64,000 bases of DNA from an uncultured Desulfarculales bacterium (lineage in GTDB: Bacteria > Desulfobacterota > Desulfarculia > Desulfarculales > JAHJDS01), in NCBI GenBank assembly GCA_964569795.1, contig CAZMVB010000008.1, positions 12,303 to 76,302 of the forward strand, in the 5' to 3' direction. Shown here in pieces: positions 8,872 to 18,967 of this stretch. Position numbers and translations under genes: made by a program. Under the pieces are notes generated by a model. That model worked only from the letters and a program-made list of their open reading frames with translations, did no database searches and was not told the DNA's origin. Within the stretch, counting starts at the first letter, position 1. Each line of letters opens with the position of its first letter.

Positions 8872-9641
8872 GCCGGCTCGTCCTCGACAAACTCCGCGTC
8901 CAGTTCGGCGGCCTGACGGCGGTTATGGACTTTGACCTGACCCTCGAGCCCGGCGAGCTGGTCGGCCTGATCGGCCCCAACGGCGCGGGCAAGACGACCA
9001 CCTTTGACGCCATCACCGGCCTGGTCCGGCCCACCGCCGGCCGGGTCGTCTGGGACAACCGCCGAATAAACGGCCTCAAGCCCAACCGGGTCAACCGCCT
9101 GGGCATCGGCCGGACCTTTCAGCAGATCAGGCTGTTCGGGGAGATGAGCGTCCTGGAAAACGTCATGGCCGGCTATCACGGCCGCCTTCAGGCCAATTTT
9201 TTGCAAGCCATCTTCCGCCTGCCGGGCTACGTCCGCCAGGAGCGGGAGATGATCGACTACGCCACCCGGCTACTTTCGGAGGTCGAACTGAGCGACCTGG
9301 CCGCCGAGCCGGCCGGGTCACTGGCCTACGGCCAGCAGCGGCGGGTCGAGATCGCCCGGGCCATGGCCACCAAGCCCCGGCTGCTCCTGTTGGACGAGCC
9401 GGCCGCCGGGATGAACCCTCGAGAGTCCATGGCCCTGGCCCAGACCATCCGCCGACTCCAGGCGGCCTATGACCTGACCATCCTGATCATCGAGCACGAC
9501 ATGCCCTTTGTCATGGGCCTCTGCCCCAGGCTGTACGTCCTGGATCACGGGATCAACATCGCCATGGGCACGCCCCGGGAGATCAGGGACGACGAGCGGG
9601 TGGTGGCCGCCTATCTGGGGGAGCGCCGTGCTCGAGGTTAG
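8868..9641 (+). CDS. livG: Branched-chain amino acid ABC ATP-binding protein
   Basis: QFGGL, GPNGAGKTT, GIGRTFQ, LAYGQQRRVEIARA; GTG start overlapping the livM stop. Confidence 0.9.
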   Translation: MSRLVLDKLRVQFGGLTAVMDFDLTLEPGELVGLIGPNGAGKTTTFDAITGLVRPTAGRVVWDNRRINGLKPNRVNRLGIGRTFQQIRLFGEMSVLENVMAGYHGRLQANFLQAIFRLPGYVRQEREMIDYATRLLSEVELSDLAAEPAGSLAYGQQRRVEIARAMATKPRLLLLDEPAAGMNPRESMALAQTIRRLQAAYDLTILIIEHDMPFVMGLCPRLYVLDHGINIAMGTPREIRDDERVVAAYLGERRARG

Positions 9642-10347
9642 GGATTTACGAGTCAATTACGGCGGCATCCGGGCCCTGCTGGGGGTGACCCTCGATGTGG
9701 ACGAGGGCCGGGTGGTGACCCTGGTCGGGGCCAACGGGGCCGGCAAATCGACCCTGCTGCGGGCCATCTGCGGCCTGGTCAAGCCCCAGGGGGGACGGAT
9801 CGTGTTCGACGGCCGGGACCTGACCGGCTGGGCCACCCATAAGGTCATGCGACGGGGACTGGCTATGGTCCCCGAGGGCCGGCGGGTGTTCGTCAACCTG
9901 AGCGTCCTGGAAAATCTGTCGCTGGGAGGCTATCATCGGCCCCGGGACAAGGCCTGGCAAACCGACCTGGACCGGATGTTCGAGCTGTTCCCCAGACTGG
10001 CCGAACGGCGCACCCAGGCGGCCGGGACCCTGTCCGGGGGCGAGCAGCAGATGCTGGCCCTGGCCCGGGGCCTGATGAGCCGGCCCCGTCTGCTGCTCCT
10101 GGACGAACCCTCGCTGGGACTGGCCCCCAAGCTGGTGGACGAGGTCTTCGGGGTGATCGAACGCATCCGGGCCGCCGGGGTGACCATCCTCCTGGTCGAG
10201 CAGAACGCCGCCGGGGCCCTCGAGGTGGCCGATTACGGCTACGTCCTGGCCGGGGGAGCCGTGGTGATCGAGGGTCCCGGCCAGAAACTCCTGGACGACC
10301 AGCGGGTCCGGGACGCCTATCTGGGCGAGACCGAAATGGATTGGTGA
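9628..10347 (+). CDS. livF: Branched-chain amino acid ABC ATP-binding protein
   Basis: GANGAGKST, VPEGRRVF, LSGGEQQMLA, DEPSLGLAP. Confidence 0.9.
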   Translation: MLEVRDLRVNYGGIRALLGVTLDVDEGRVVTLVGANGAGKSTLLRAICGLVKPQGGRIVFDGRDLTGWATHKVMRRGLAMVPEGRRVFVNLSVLENLSLGGYHRPRDKAWQTDLDRMFELFPRLAERRTQAAGTLSGGEQQMLALARGLMSRPRLLLLDEPSLGLAPKLVDEVFGVIERIRAAGVTILLVEQNAAGALEVADYGYVLAGGAVVIEGPGQKLLDDQRVRDAYLGETEMDW

Positions 10348-10421
10348 GCGTTCCCGACCGGTTGACATTCCCCCATAATTTCAGCGATCATAACCTCAGA
10401 CCATCCTTGAGGGGGGGAGCC

Positions 10422-11567
10422 ATGGTCCGCAAGGTATATTTGATTGCCATCTGTCTGGTACTGGCCATGGCCGGTTTGATCACAGCTGCCTCCGGGGCTC
10501 GGTCCGCGCAGAAAAATGCCATCCGGATCGGGGTCATGCTGTCCATGACCGGGGCCGGCGCGGCCTACGGTCAGATGGAGTGGATCGGCATCAACATCGC
10601 CCGGAAAATGGTCTCCCGGGTCCTGGGCCGGCCGATCCGGTTCTTTCTGGTGGACACCAAGTCCGAGAAGATCGAGGCGGCCAACGCCGCCAACCGGCTG
10701 ATCAAGAAGAACAAGGTCGTGGCCATTATCGGGCCGACCATTTCGTCCACCTCCCTGGCCGCGGCCCCCATCACCGAAAAGGCCCGGGTCCCCATGGTCA
10801 GCCCCTCGGCCACCAATCCCCTGGTCACCCAGGAACGGAAGTACGCCTTCCGGACCTGCTTCATCGATCCCTTCCAGGGCATCGTCGCCGCCCGGTACGC
10901 CTATCAGGTCCTTAAGAAACGGCGGGCGGCGATCATCATCGACATCGCCCAGGACTACTCGGTCGGCCTGGCCAAGTTCTTCGAGGCCGAGTTCAAACGG
11001 CTCGGCGGCAAGGTCGTGGCCAAGGCCTTTTGCCAGTCCGGTGACCAGGATTTCAACGCCCAGCTCAGCGCCATCATCCCCAAGAAGCCGGACGTGCTCT
11101 ATCTGCCCAACTACTACACCGAGGACGCCCTGATCGCCATCCAGGCCCGCCAGCTCCGACTGATGGCGCCCATCCTGTCCGGGGACGGGGCCCAGGCCAT
11201 GGACCTGATCAACATCGGCAAGAAGGCGGTCGAGGGGTTCATGCTCACCGGGCACTTCCATCCCCAGAGCGCGGCCACGGCCACGGCCAAAAAGTTCATC
11301 GCCCTGTTCCACAAGACCTACCCGAACAAGACCCTGACCGCGTTTCACGCCCTGGGCGCGGACGCCTACCTGGTCCTGATCGACGCCATCAAGCGGGCCG
11401 GCTCGATCGACCCGGTCAAGATCCGGGCCGCCCTGTCCGCCACCCGGCGCTTCGAGGGCGTCACCGGGATCATCTCCATTGACAAGCACGGCAACGCGGT
11501 CAAGAGCGCCGTGATCCTCCAGGTCCAACATGGGAAATTCGTTTACAAGTCCACGGTTAATCCCTAG
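10422..11567 (+). CDS. Second Liv-type substrate-binding protein
   Basis: Paralogous to 5419-6540 (ATNPLVTQ, FRTCFIDPFQG, DFNAQL); signal peptide; start at the ATG after GGGGGAG. Confidence 0.9.
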   Translation: MVRKVYLIAICLVLAMAGLITAASGARSAQKNAIRIGVMLSMTGAGAAYGQMEWIGINIARKMVSRVLGRPIRFFLVDTKSEKIEAANAANRLIKKNKVVAIIGPTISSTSLAAAPITEKARVPMVSPSATNPLVTQERKYAFRTCFIDPFQGIVAARYAYQVLKKRRAAIIIDIAQDYSVGLAKFFEAEFKRLGGKVVAKAFCQSGDQDFNAQLSAIIPKKPDVLYLPNYYTEDALIAIQARQLRLMAPILSGDGAQAMDLINIGKKAVEGFMLTGHFHPQSAATATAKKFIALFHKTYPNKTLTAFHALGADAYLVLIDAIKRAGSIDPVKIRAALSATRRFEGVTGIISIDKHGNAVKSAVILQVQHGKFVYKSTVNP

Positions 11568-11804
11568 CAATCATTCACTACCCACAGGGGTCTCCCTGAA
11601 TCGGGGAGGCCCCACTGGAAATAGGGACCTCCCGTTTATAAATAAATCCTGACCTGACCGGCCCCATTTCCCTGTCCCCTGATTCCGGATTCCAGAAAGT
11701 CCTGGGGGCTGAGCATCCCCTTTTCAGAGCCGCCCCGTGTTTCCGCTCGGTTAAGCCTTTGACTGACCTCCATCCAACAGATTAATATAATTACACAATT
11801 AAAT

Positions 11805-11867
11805 TGACCAACCAATTGGTTAAATTTGGCTGACATCTTGCATGAAATTTAACCAAGCAGTTGGTTA
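11805..11867. promoter_or_regulatory. Two 7-4-7 inverted-repeat operator-like sites
   Basis: TGACCAA-ccaa-TTGGTTA (11805-11822) and TAACCAA-gcag-TTGGTTA (11850-11867) in an AT-rich intergenic region. Confidence 0.6.
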
Positions 11868-11900
11868 GAGGGGCTTCAACCTTCAAAGGAGGGACACACC

Positions 11901-12185
11901 ATGAGGCACGCCATCATCAAGACCCAATCAAGACCGCCCAGGGCCCTGCTGGGCCTGATGGGCTCGTGCGACCTGGGCCTGATCCAGTTCCAGGGAGGTG
12001 TTTTGCTGTCAATTCTGGTCCGGGTGGCGACCCGCCGCCGGATCGAGCGGCTGGCTTTGCCCCGCCCAGTCATGGGGGACCTCAAAAAAGTCAAGATCGA
12101 GCCTGACCGGTCCCAAGGGGCCAGGACAGTGAAACCAACGACCGAGAGGCCGAGGACAGTTACCGGGCCACAACCCGAGGACTGA
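11901..12185 (+). CDS. Hypothetical protein (94 aa)
   Basis: Strong AAAGGAGG RBS; no recognised motif. Confidence 0.55.
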   Translation: MRHAIIKTQSRPPRALLGLMGSCDLGLIQFQGGVLLSILVRVATRRRIERLALPRPVMGDLKKVKIEPDRSQGARTVKPTTERPRTVTGPQPED

Positions 12186-12219
12186 TGAACGACTGACCGC
12201 AACCCAGGAGGGAAGGACG

Positions 12220-12855
12220 ATGGCCGGGATTTTTTCAATTTTAAGAAATAACTGGCAGGTGGCGTTCTGCCTGGCCTGTATCGGGCTGGCCCTGCTGCTG
12301 TCCAGTTGCGTCACCAGCGGTGCGGCGGTCTCCATCGGACCGGCGGCTTTTTCGGCCGGCCAAGTCGTTCCGGCCGACCTGAGCCCGGCCCAGCGGCTTA
12401 AACTGGTGACCGACTGCTCCCGATACGACTATTACTGGTCCGGGGACCTGATCCCGGCCAATTCCTTTTCTCGCCGGACGATCCGCGAGATCCGGGCTGT
12501 ATTGATCGTGCCCAAGTCGGCCAGGGTCCGGATCGTGGGCGGCGACTGGCGCCGGCTGGTCGGCTGCCCCTGGGTTCGCCGGGGCCGGGTCCCGGAGATG
12601 GTCGCTCCCACCCGGGGTCGGGACGCCGGCGGGCCGCGCCTGATGGCCGTCTTGGGTGAGCGGGGTCAGATCGTCGGCTGGCTGGCCGCCTCGGCCACCG
12701 GCGGGATGAGCGTCCTGGCCCGGGGCCGGACCGCGGGTGGTCTCAGGTCGTACGAAGTCAGCGCCATGGACCGGTTCGATCCCAACGGCCCCGGCGGCGG
12801 CTCCGGGGCCGGCGGGGCCGGCGGAGGCGGTGGCGGGGGCGGCGGGGGTCGGTGA
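12220..12855 (+). CDS. Putative lipoprotein with Gly-rich C-terminal tail
   Basis: Lipobox LLSSC; GGAGG RBS; poly-Gly tail. Confidence 0.7.
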   Translation: MAGIFSILRNNWQVAFCLACIGLALLLSSCVTSGAAVSIGPAAFSAGQVVPADLSPAQRLKLVTDCSRYDYYWSGDLIPANSFSRRTIREIRAVLIVPKSARVRIVGGDWRRLVGCPWVRRGRVPEMVAPTRGRDAGGPRLMAVLGERGQIVGWLAASATGGMSVLARGRTAGGLRSYEVSAMDRFDPNGPGGGSGAGGAGGGGGGGGGGR

Positions 12856-12961
12856 TCTTTTCCGGGATCGATCCTGATCAGGGACGGCCTTGAACTGACG
12901 GGCCGGGTACGGTTTAATTGAAACTGAACCTCAATCCCGTCCCCTTTCAGGAGAACCCCGG

Positions 12962-14434
12962 ATGGACGTCACCCTGGACACCAAGATCAACGACCTCTTG
13001 AGGGACTACCCCTACCTGCTGGACTACCTGGTCTCCCTGTCCCCCGAGTTCAAGCGCCTCAAGAACCCGGTCCTGAGAAAGACCATGGGCCGGGTGGCCA
13101 CCCTGCGCAAGGCGGCGGCCATGGGCGGACTGGACCCGGACGAGTTTGTGGGCAAGATCCAGGCCGAGATAACCAGGCACGGCCCGGCGCCGGCCGAGAC
13201 GCCCCCGAGCGGTCCCGAGGGGCGCCAGGAGGCCCTCAAGCAGATCATCCGGGACCTGCACGCCGGTGAGGACATGGAGGTCCTCAAGGCCCGGTTCCGG
13301 GAGATCGTCCGGGAGGTGGACGCCGGTGAGATCGCGGCCATGGAGCAGCAGCTCATCGCCGAGGGCCTGCCCGTGGACGAGGTCAAGCGCCTGTGCGACG
13401 TCCACGTCGAGATCTTCAAGGACGCCCTGGAGGGGCAGGACCGGCCCCAGCCGCCGCCCGGGCACCCGGTCCACACCTTCATGAAGGAGAACCGGGCCTC
13501 GGAGAAGATCATCAGCGACCTGGCGATCCTGATCGGCCGGCTGGGACGGCCGCCCCGGCCCGAGTCCTGGGCCGAGCATCGGGACGAGCTGGCCGCCCTG
13601 GTGGACGAACTGTTCCGGGTGGACCTCCACTACGCCCGCAAGGAGAACCAGCTCTTTCCGCTGCTCGAGGCCCATCACTTCACCGGGCCGTCCCAGGTGA
13701 TGTGGGCCATTCACGACGATATCCGGGGGGCCCTCAAGGAGGCCCGGCGGCACCTGGCCGCGGGCGAGGCGGACCAGGCCGTGGACAACATCGAGACCGC
13801 CACCCGGGCCATTCGGGACATGATCTACAAGGAGGAGCACATCCTCTATCCGACCAGCCTGGACATGCTCAGCCAGGACGAATGGCTTCAGGTCAAGGCG
13901 GGCGAACCGGACATCGGCTACGCCTGGGTGAAGCCGGACGAGGGCTGGCCGGAGCGGATCGTTGCCCCCGGGGAAGGGGCCCCTCCCGCGCCCGAGGCCG
14001 GGACCGGGCCCGAGGTCGAGGGTGAGCTGCGCCTGGACACCGGCCGGCTGAGCGTCGCTCAGGTCAACCTCATGCTCAAGCACCTGCCCGTGGACCTGAC
14101 CTTTGTGGACGCCCAGGATCGGGTGGCCTATTACTCGGAGGGGCCGGAGCGGATCTTTCCCCGCAGCCCGGCCGTCATCGGCCGCCAGGTCCGGAACTGC
14201 CATCCGCCCAAGAGCGTCCACCTGGTCAATAAGATCCTGGACGCCTTCAAGTCGGGCCGGCGGGACACGGCCGCCTTCTGGATCCCGCTCGGCGGCCGGT
14301 TCATTTACATCCGCTACTTTGCGGTGCGCGACGAGGCGGGCGAGTACCAGGGGGTGCTCGAGGTCAGCCAGGACCTGACCGAACTCCGCAAGCTGGAAGG
14401 CCAGCAGCGTCTGCTGGACTGGGAGAACGAATAA
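12962..14434 (+). CDS. DUF1858-DUF438-hemerythrin-PAS domain protein
   Basis: NPVLRKTMGRVATL, EIAAMEQQL, RLCDVH, GHPVHTF, HYARKEN, KEEHIL, C-terminal NCHPPKS PAS motif. Confidence 0.85.
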   Translation: MDVTLDTKINDLLRDYPYLLDYLVSLSPEFKRLKNPVLRKTMGRVATLRKAAAMGGLDPDEFVGKIQAEITRHGPAPAETPPSGPEGRQEALKQIIRDLHAGEDMEVLKARFREIVREVDAGEIAAMEQQLIAEGLPVDEVKRLCDVHVEIFKDALEGQDRPQPPPGHPVHTFMKENRASEKIISDLAILIGRLGRPPRPESWAEHRDELAALVDELFRVDLHYARKENQLFPLLEAHHFTGPSQVMWAIHDDIRGALKEARRHLAAGEADQAVDNIETATRAIRDMIYKEEHILYPTSLDMLSQDEWLQVKAGEPDIGYAWVKPDEGWPERIVAPGEGAPPAPEAGTGPEVEGELRLDTGRLSVAQVNLMLKHLPVDLTFVDAQDRVAYYSEGPERIFPRSPAVIGRQVRNCHPPKSVHLVNKILDAFKSGRRDTAAFWIPLGGRFIYIRYFAVRDEAGEYQGVLEVSQDLTELRKLEGQQRLLDWENE

Positions 14435-14508
14435 GGTCCGGGGCCTGGACGACTGGTCCAGACCGCCGGGATCAGGACCCGATCGCGATCGGAAAGCGAG
14501 GTATTCTT

Positions 14509-15054
14509 ATGTGGCCTATCGGACCCTTGATGCACGAACACCGACTCATCGAACGACTGGTGGCGATTGTCGAGCAACGCCTGCCCGAGTTCAGGAAGAA
14601 CCAGCGGGTCGATTCAGTGATGATCGACCGGGTGACCGAATTCTTCCGGATGTACGCCGACCGGTGTCACCACGGCAAGGAGGAGGACATCCTGTTCAAA
14701 AGCCTGGAGACCAAGGATTTGAGCCCGGAACTGACCGAGATGATGGCCGAACTGGTCCAGGACCACGTCGAGGGAAGAAAGATGGTCGGGGCCCTGGTCG
14801 CGGCCAACGGGCGCTACGCCGCCGGCGAATCGGCGGCCTGGACCGAGGTCGTGGATTTGCTGGAGCGTTTGATCGTCTTTTATCCCAACCACATCGCCAA
14901 GGAAGACAAGCACTTCTTCTTCCCCTGCATGGGCCATTACTCCCGGGAGGAGAAGGACGTCATGCTCGACGAGTTCAGCGGGTTCGACGCGAAGCTGATC
15001 CACGAGTTTTTCGGGAAGGTCGTGGCCTCGATGGAGGGTTCCGGCGCCGGGTGA
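14509..15054 (+). CDS. Hemerythrin/HHE cation-binding domain protein
   Basis: LMHEHRLI, YADRCHHGKEEDILF, HIAKED. Confidence 0.85.
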   Translation: MWPIGPLMHEHRLIERLVAIVEQRLPEFRKNQRVDSVMIDRVTEFFRMYADRCHHGKEEDILFKSLETKDLSPELTEMMAELVQDHVEGRKMVGALVAANGRYAAGESAAWTEVVDLLERLIVFYPNHIAKEDKHFFFPCMGHYSREEKDVMLDEFSGFDAKLIHEFFGKVVASMEGSGAG

Positions 15055-15087
15055 GGCCGGCCCTTCCCCGGGTCGATTCCGTCCGGT

Positions 15088-16365
15088 TCACCCCCTCGGC
15101 GGAAAGGTGCCCTTCTCGACCACGGTGATGCCGCGGTCACTGACCAGGAAGTGCTCCTGGTCCTTTCGGGGATCGACCCCGATCTCCATGCCCGGCGGGA
15201 TCGAGTTCTGCTTGTCGATGATCGCCTTCTTGATCCGGCAGCGCCGGCCGATCTCGACCCCGGTCATGATCACCGATTCCTCGACCTCGGCGAACGAGTG
15301 GACGTACACCCCCGGGGACAGGACCGAGTTGCTGACCGTGGCTCCGGAGATGATGCAGCCGTGGGAGACCAGCGAGTCCAGGGCCTTGCCCTCCCGGTGC
15401 TGCTCGTCGGAATAGACGAACTTGGCCGGGGGGAGCTGGTGTTGCAGGGTCCTGAGCGGCCACCGCTCGCCGTAAACGTTGAAAAAGGGGTCCACCCCGC
15501 ACAGGTCCATGTTGGCGTTCCAGTAGGAGTCAATGTCGCCCACGTCCCGCCAGTACTGGGAGTCCCGGGTCTGGTCGTGGAAGAGCCGGGTCCGGACGCC
15601 GTTTTCGTCCTGGACGTAAGTGAAATCGCCCACCCGGTTTTCCCGGCGATAGAAAAAGGCATAGGCCCGGTGGGAATCGATCAGCCGGGGCAGGACGTTG
15701 TGCCCGAAGTCGTCGTGGTCCGTGCCCTTGAGGGCTTCGATTAAGACCTCGGTCTTGAAGGCGTAGATGCCCATCGAGGCCAGGGAGTGGTCCGGATCGC
15801 CGGGGATGGCCGGCGGATCGGTCGGTTTCTCGACGAATTCCGTGATCCGGCCCTCCTCGTCCACTCCCAGGATGCCGAACTTGGAGGCCTGGGACCGGTC
15901 GAACTCGAAGGCGGCCACGCTCACGTCGGCGTCCCTTTCCCGGTGGAACTCGGCGAAACGGCGGTAATCCATCTTGTAAACGTGGTCCCCGGACAGGATC
16001 AGGACCAGGGACGGGGCCTCCCGCTCGACCAGGTACAGGTTCTGGCGGATCGCGTCGGCCGTGCCCCGATACCAGTCCTCGCCCAGCCTCTTCTGGGGAG
16101 AGCAGATCTTGAGGTAATGCCCCAGGTCCAGGGAAAAGATGTTCCAGCCCGTCTCGAGGTGATCGACCAGGGACTGGGCCTTGTACTGGGGGATGACGAT
16201 CATCTTGTAGATTTCGGAATTGACGCAGTTGGACAGGACCACGTCCATCAGCCGGTAGGTGCCCCCGAAGGGAACGGCCGGCTTGGTCCGGTCCTTGGTC
16301 AACGGGAAGAGTCGCTCGCCCTTGCCTCCGGCCATGATCATGGCCAGCGTGTCCTTCACCTCCAC
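15088..16365 (-). CDS. glgC: Glucose-1-phosphate adenylyltransferase
   Basis: MAGGKGERL, RTKPAVPFGG, YRGTADA, LSGDHVYKMDY, EKP, ASMGIY, YWRDVG. Confidence 0.95.
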   Translation of the reverse strand: MEVKDTLAMIMAGGKGERLFPLTKDRTKPAVPFGGTYRLMDVVLSNCVNSEIYKMIVIPQYKAQSLVDHLETGWNIFSLDLGHYLKICSPQKRLGEDWYRGTADAIRQNLYLVEREAPSLVLILSGDHVYKMDYRRFAEFHRERDADVSVAAFEFDRSQASKFGILGVDEEGRITEFVEKPTDPPAIPGDPDHSLASMGIYAFKTEVLIEALKGTDHDDFGHNVLPRLIDSHRAYAFFYRRENRVGDFTYVQDENGVRTRLFHDQTRDSQYWRDVGDIDSYWNANMDLCGVDPFFNVYGERWPLRTLQHQLPPAKFVYSDEQHREGKALDSLVSHGCIISGATVSNSVLSPGVYVHSFAEVEESVIMTGVEIGRRCRIKKAIIDKQNSIPPGMEIGVDPRKDQEHFLVSDRGITVVEKGTFPPRG

Positions 16366-16503
16366 CTCCTGCTGCTGAATGTTTTCAGTATATCATCTGG
16401 ACCGGCCGGCTTAAAGGCCGGCCAGGGCCGGGCCCAGGCCATGGTTGACGCCGGCGGGGCCCAACCAGTACAGTGAGGGGGCCAACCCGAGCAGGAGACC
16501 GAG

Positions 16504-17256
16504 ATGAAACGGCTGAGCCTTGTCTGGGTGATGGTCCTGGTCCTGGCGACGGCGGCCACGGCCGCGCCCGCCGGCCAGATTTCCGCGGAAAAACTCGCCC
16601 TGGCCAAAAAGATGGTCATGCTGGCCGCGCCGACCCTGAAGATGACCCTCAACCGGGTCCGGGAGGTGGTCAGGCAGAAATGCACCAGGCCGGGGATCAT
16701 GAAACAGATCGAGTCCGCCTTCGAGGGTTACTTGGACCAACTGGCCGGCGAGATCGCCAAGCGCATGTCCCTGGCGAGCCTCAAGGCCTTTTTGGCCTTC
16801 TACCGGACCCCGGTCGGACAGAAGCTGCTGACCAATCAGGTGATCATCCTGCAGCAGTTCGTCTCCGCCATGGTCTGGATGCACAAGAAGCGGTCCCAGG
16901 GAAACAAGACGGTCACCCTGGCCGACGCCATTTCCCGGAAAGACCTGAAGCCGGGCCGCTACGCCGCCGCCCAGTCCCTGGCGGACAAGGCCCAGTTCGC
17001 CCAGATGATGGCCGGCGGCTCGGCCGGGGCCCAGTTGGCCCGGCAGGGCATCACCCCGGCCATGATGCAGGAGTTCTGGGCCCGCCTGGTGGCCAAGTTG
17101 TTCACCGTGGCCGAGATCAAGCAGATCGAGGCGTTCTACAACACCCTACCCTACCAGGAGTACGTCAAGGCCACTCCCGAGTTCCAGAACGCGGCCCAGA
17201 AACTGGGCGTTCCGCTCCAGCAGCGCCTGGTCAAGATCCTCCAGGCCTGCCGCTGA
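16504..17256 (+). CDS. Secreted protein with two DUF2059-like repeats
   Basis: Signal peptide; LAFYRTPVGQK and EIKQIEAFYNT motifs. Confidence 0.6.
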   Translation: MKRLSLVWVMVLVLATAATAAPAGQISAEKLALAKKMVMLAAPTLKMTLNRVREVVRQKCTRPGIMKQIESAFEGYLDQLAGEIAKRMSLASLKAFLAFYRTPVGQKLLTNQVIILQQFVSAMVWMHKKRSQGNKTVTLADAISRKDLKPGRYAAAQSLADKAQFAQMMAGGSAGAQLARQGITPAMMQEFWARLVAKLFTVAEIKQIEAFYNTLPYQEYVKATPEFQNAAQKLGVPLQQRLVKILQACR

Positions 17257-17317
17257 AATCCGTAGCCGTGGCCTCGGGATCGAAAGTGAACGAACTCGGA
17301 CCAGACCGGAAGTCCCG

Positions 17318-18745
17318 TTGATAAAATTGACTGTCATCGGCGGCGGTCCGGGCGGATACACCGCGGCGCTGCGGGCCGCCCGGCTGGGGGCCGAGGTGAC
17401 CCTGGTCAGCGACGAGCCCCTGGGCGGGACCTGCCTCTGGCGGGGGTGCATTCCGACCAAGACCCTGCGGGCCTCGGCCCACGCCCTGCACCTGGTGGGG
17501 CGGGCCGCCGAGTTCGGCCTGGGGATCGAGGGTTCCGGTCGGCCTGACCCGGCCGGCCTGCGCGACCGTCTGGCCGGGGTGATCGGGGTGCAGGCCCGGG
17601 GCCTCGAGGTCTTGTTCAAGCAAAACAAAATAGCCGTGGTGCGGGGCCGGGCCCGCCTGAGCGGGCCGGGGCGAATCGCGATCCGGACCAAGGACGGCCC
17701 CGAGGAGGCGCTGGCCTATGACCGGCTGATCGTCGCCGTCGGCGCCCGGGCGGCCGCGCCCCCGGGCCTCGACATCGACGGCCGGACAATCTGGTCCTCG
17801 GACCACGCCCTGGCCCTGACGGAAATCCCCCGGCGCCTGCTGGTCGTCGGGGCCGGGGCGGTGGGCGCGGAACTGGCCATGATCTTTCGCCTGCTGGGGG
17901 CCGAGGTGACCCTGGTCGAGTTTTTGGGACGCCTGCTGCCCCTGCCCGGGGTGGACGCTGACCTTTCGACCACGCTGTTGCGGGAGATGAAAAAGCGCCG
18001 GATCAAGGTCTTCCTGAATCAGCGGGTGGCCGGCATCGAACCAAAGGGCGGGGACGGACTGCGGGTCCGGCTGGAGCCGGCCCCGGGCGCGGCCTTGTCA
18101 GCCAAGGCCGCCGAGGTGGCCGTGGACCGGGTCCTGGTGGCCGTGGGGCGCCGGCCCAACACCGGCGATCTGGGCCTGGAAACCGTCGGCCTGGGCGGAG
18201 ATGCGGCCGGCTGGATCCAGGTCAACGACCGGCTCGAAACGGCCGTCCCCGGGATCTACGCGGTGGGTGACGTCCTGGGGCCCTCGCGCCTGATGCTGGC
18301 CCACGCCGCCGCGGCCGAGGGGCTGGCCGCCGCCGAGAACGCCCTGAGAAATTCGCCCCGGGCCCGGCTCGATTACGACAAGATCCCCTACGCCGTCTTC
18401 ACCTTCCCCGAGGCAGCCGGGGTCGGCCTGACCGAGGCCCAGGCCCGGGAGCGGGGTATCGAGATAAAAACGGCCGCCTTTCACCTAAGGACCCTGGGGC
18501 GGGCCCAGGCCGAGAGCGAGATCGCCGGCCTGGTCAAGCTGATCGCCGCGGCCGACACCGGCCGGCTGATGGGGGGTCATATCTGCGGGGCCGGGGCCGC
18601 CGAGATGATCCACGAGGTGGCCGCCGCGCTCGCCCTTTCGGCCACGGCCGCGGATCTGGCGACCTTGGTCCACGCCCATCCGACCATGTCCGAGGGCCTG
18701 GCCGAATGCGCCCGGGAACTGGCCCGGGTTGTCGAGGAGGGTTAG
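17318..18745 (+). CDS. lpdA: Dihydrolipoyl dehydrogenase
   Basis: GGGPGGY, GGTCLWRGCIPTK redox disulfide, GAGAVG, HPTMSE. Confidence 0.95.
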   Translation: MIKLTVIGGGPGGYTAALRAARLGAEVTLVSDEPLGGTCLWRGCIPTKTLRASAHALHLVGRAAEFGLGIEGSGRPDPAGLRDRLAGVIGVQARGLEVLFKQNKIAVVRGRARLSGPGRIAIRTKDGPEEALAYDRLIVAVGARAAAPPGLDIDGRTIWSSDHALALTEIPRRLLVVGAGAVGAELAMIFRLLGAEVTLVEFLGRLLPLPGVDADLSTTLLREMKKRRIKVFLNQRVAGIEPKGGDGLRVRLEPAPGAALSAKAAEVAVDRVLVAVGRRPNTGDLGLETVGLGGDAAGWIQVNDRLETAVPGIYAVGDVLGPSRLMLAHAAAAEGLAAAENALRNSPRARLDYDKIPYAVFTFPEAAGVGLTEAQARERGIEIKTAAFHLRTLGRAQAESEIAGLVKLIAAADTGRLMGGHICGAGAAEMIHEVAAALALSATAADLATLVHAHPTMSEGLAECARELARVVEEG

Positions 18746-18774
18746 CGAGGCCGGGTCCATATCCGAGCGGTGAT

Positions 18775-18967
18775 CCCGCGAATCAGAGTGCCCACTGGCA
18801 CCGATCGAGGCGTTCGATCGCGGCTCAATCGGCTGACAAACCACGAGGCGACCCCGCGAACTAAGGTGCCCACTGGCACACGAGATCAGCATTTAAGAAG
18901 TTCGATCGCGGCTCAAGCGGCCGACAAACCACGGGACATCCCCGCGAATTAAGGTGCCCACTGGCAC
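18775..18967 (+). repeat. REP-like tandem array (left), three GTGCCCACTGGCAC hairpin cores
   Basis: Cores at 18788, 18866 and 18954; the unit also contains GTTCGATCGCGGCTCAA and CCCCGCGAA. Confidence 0.9.
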
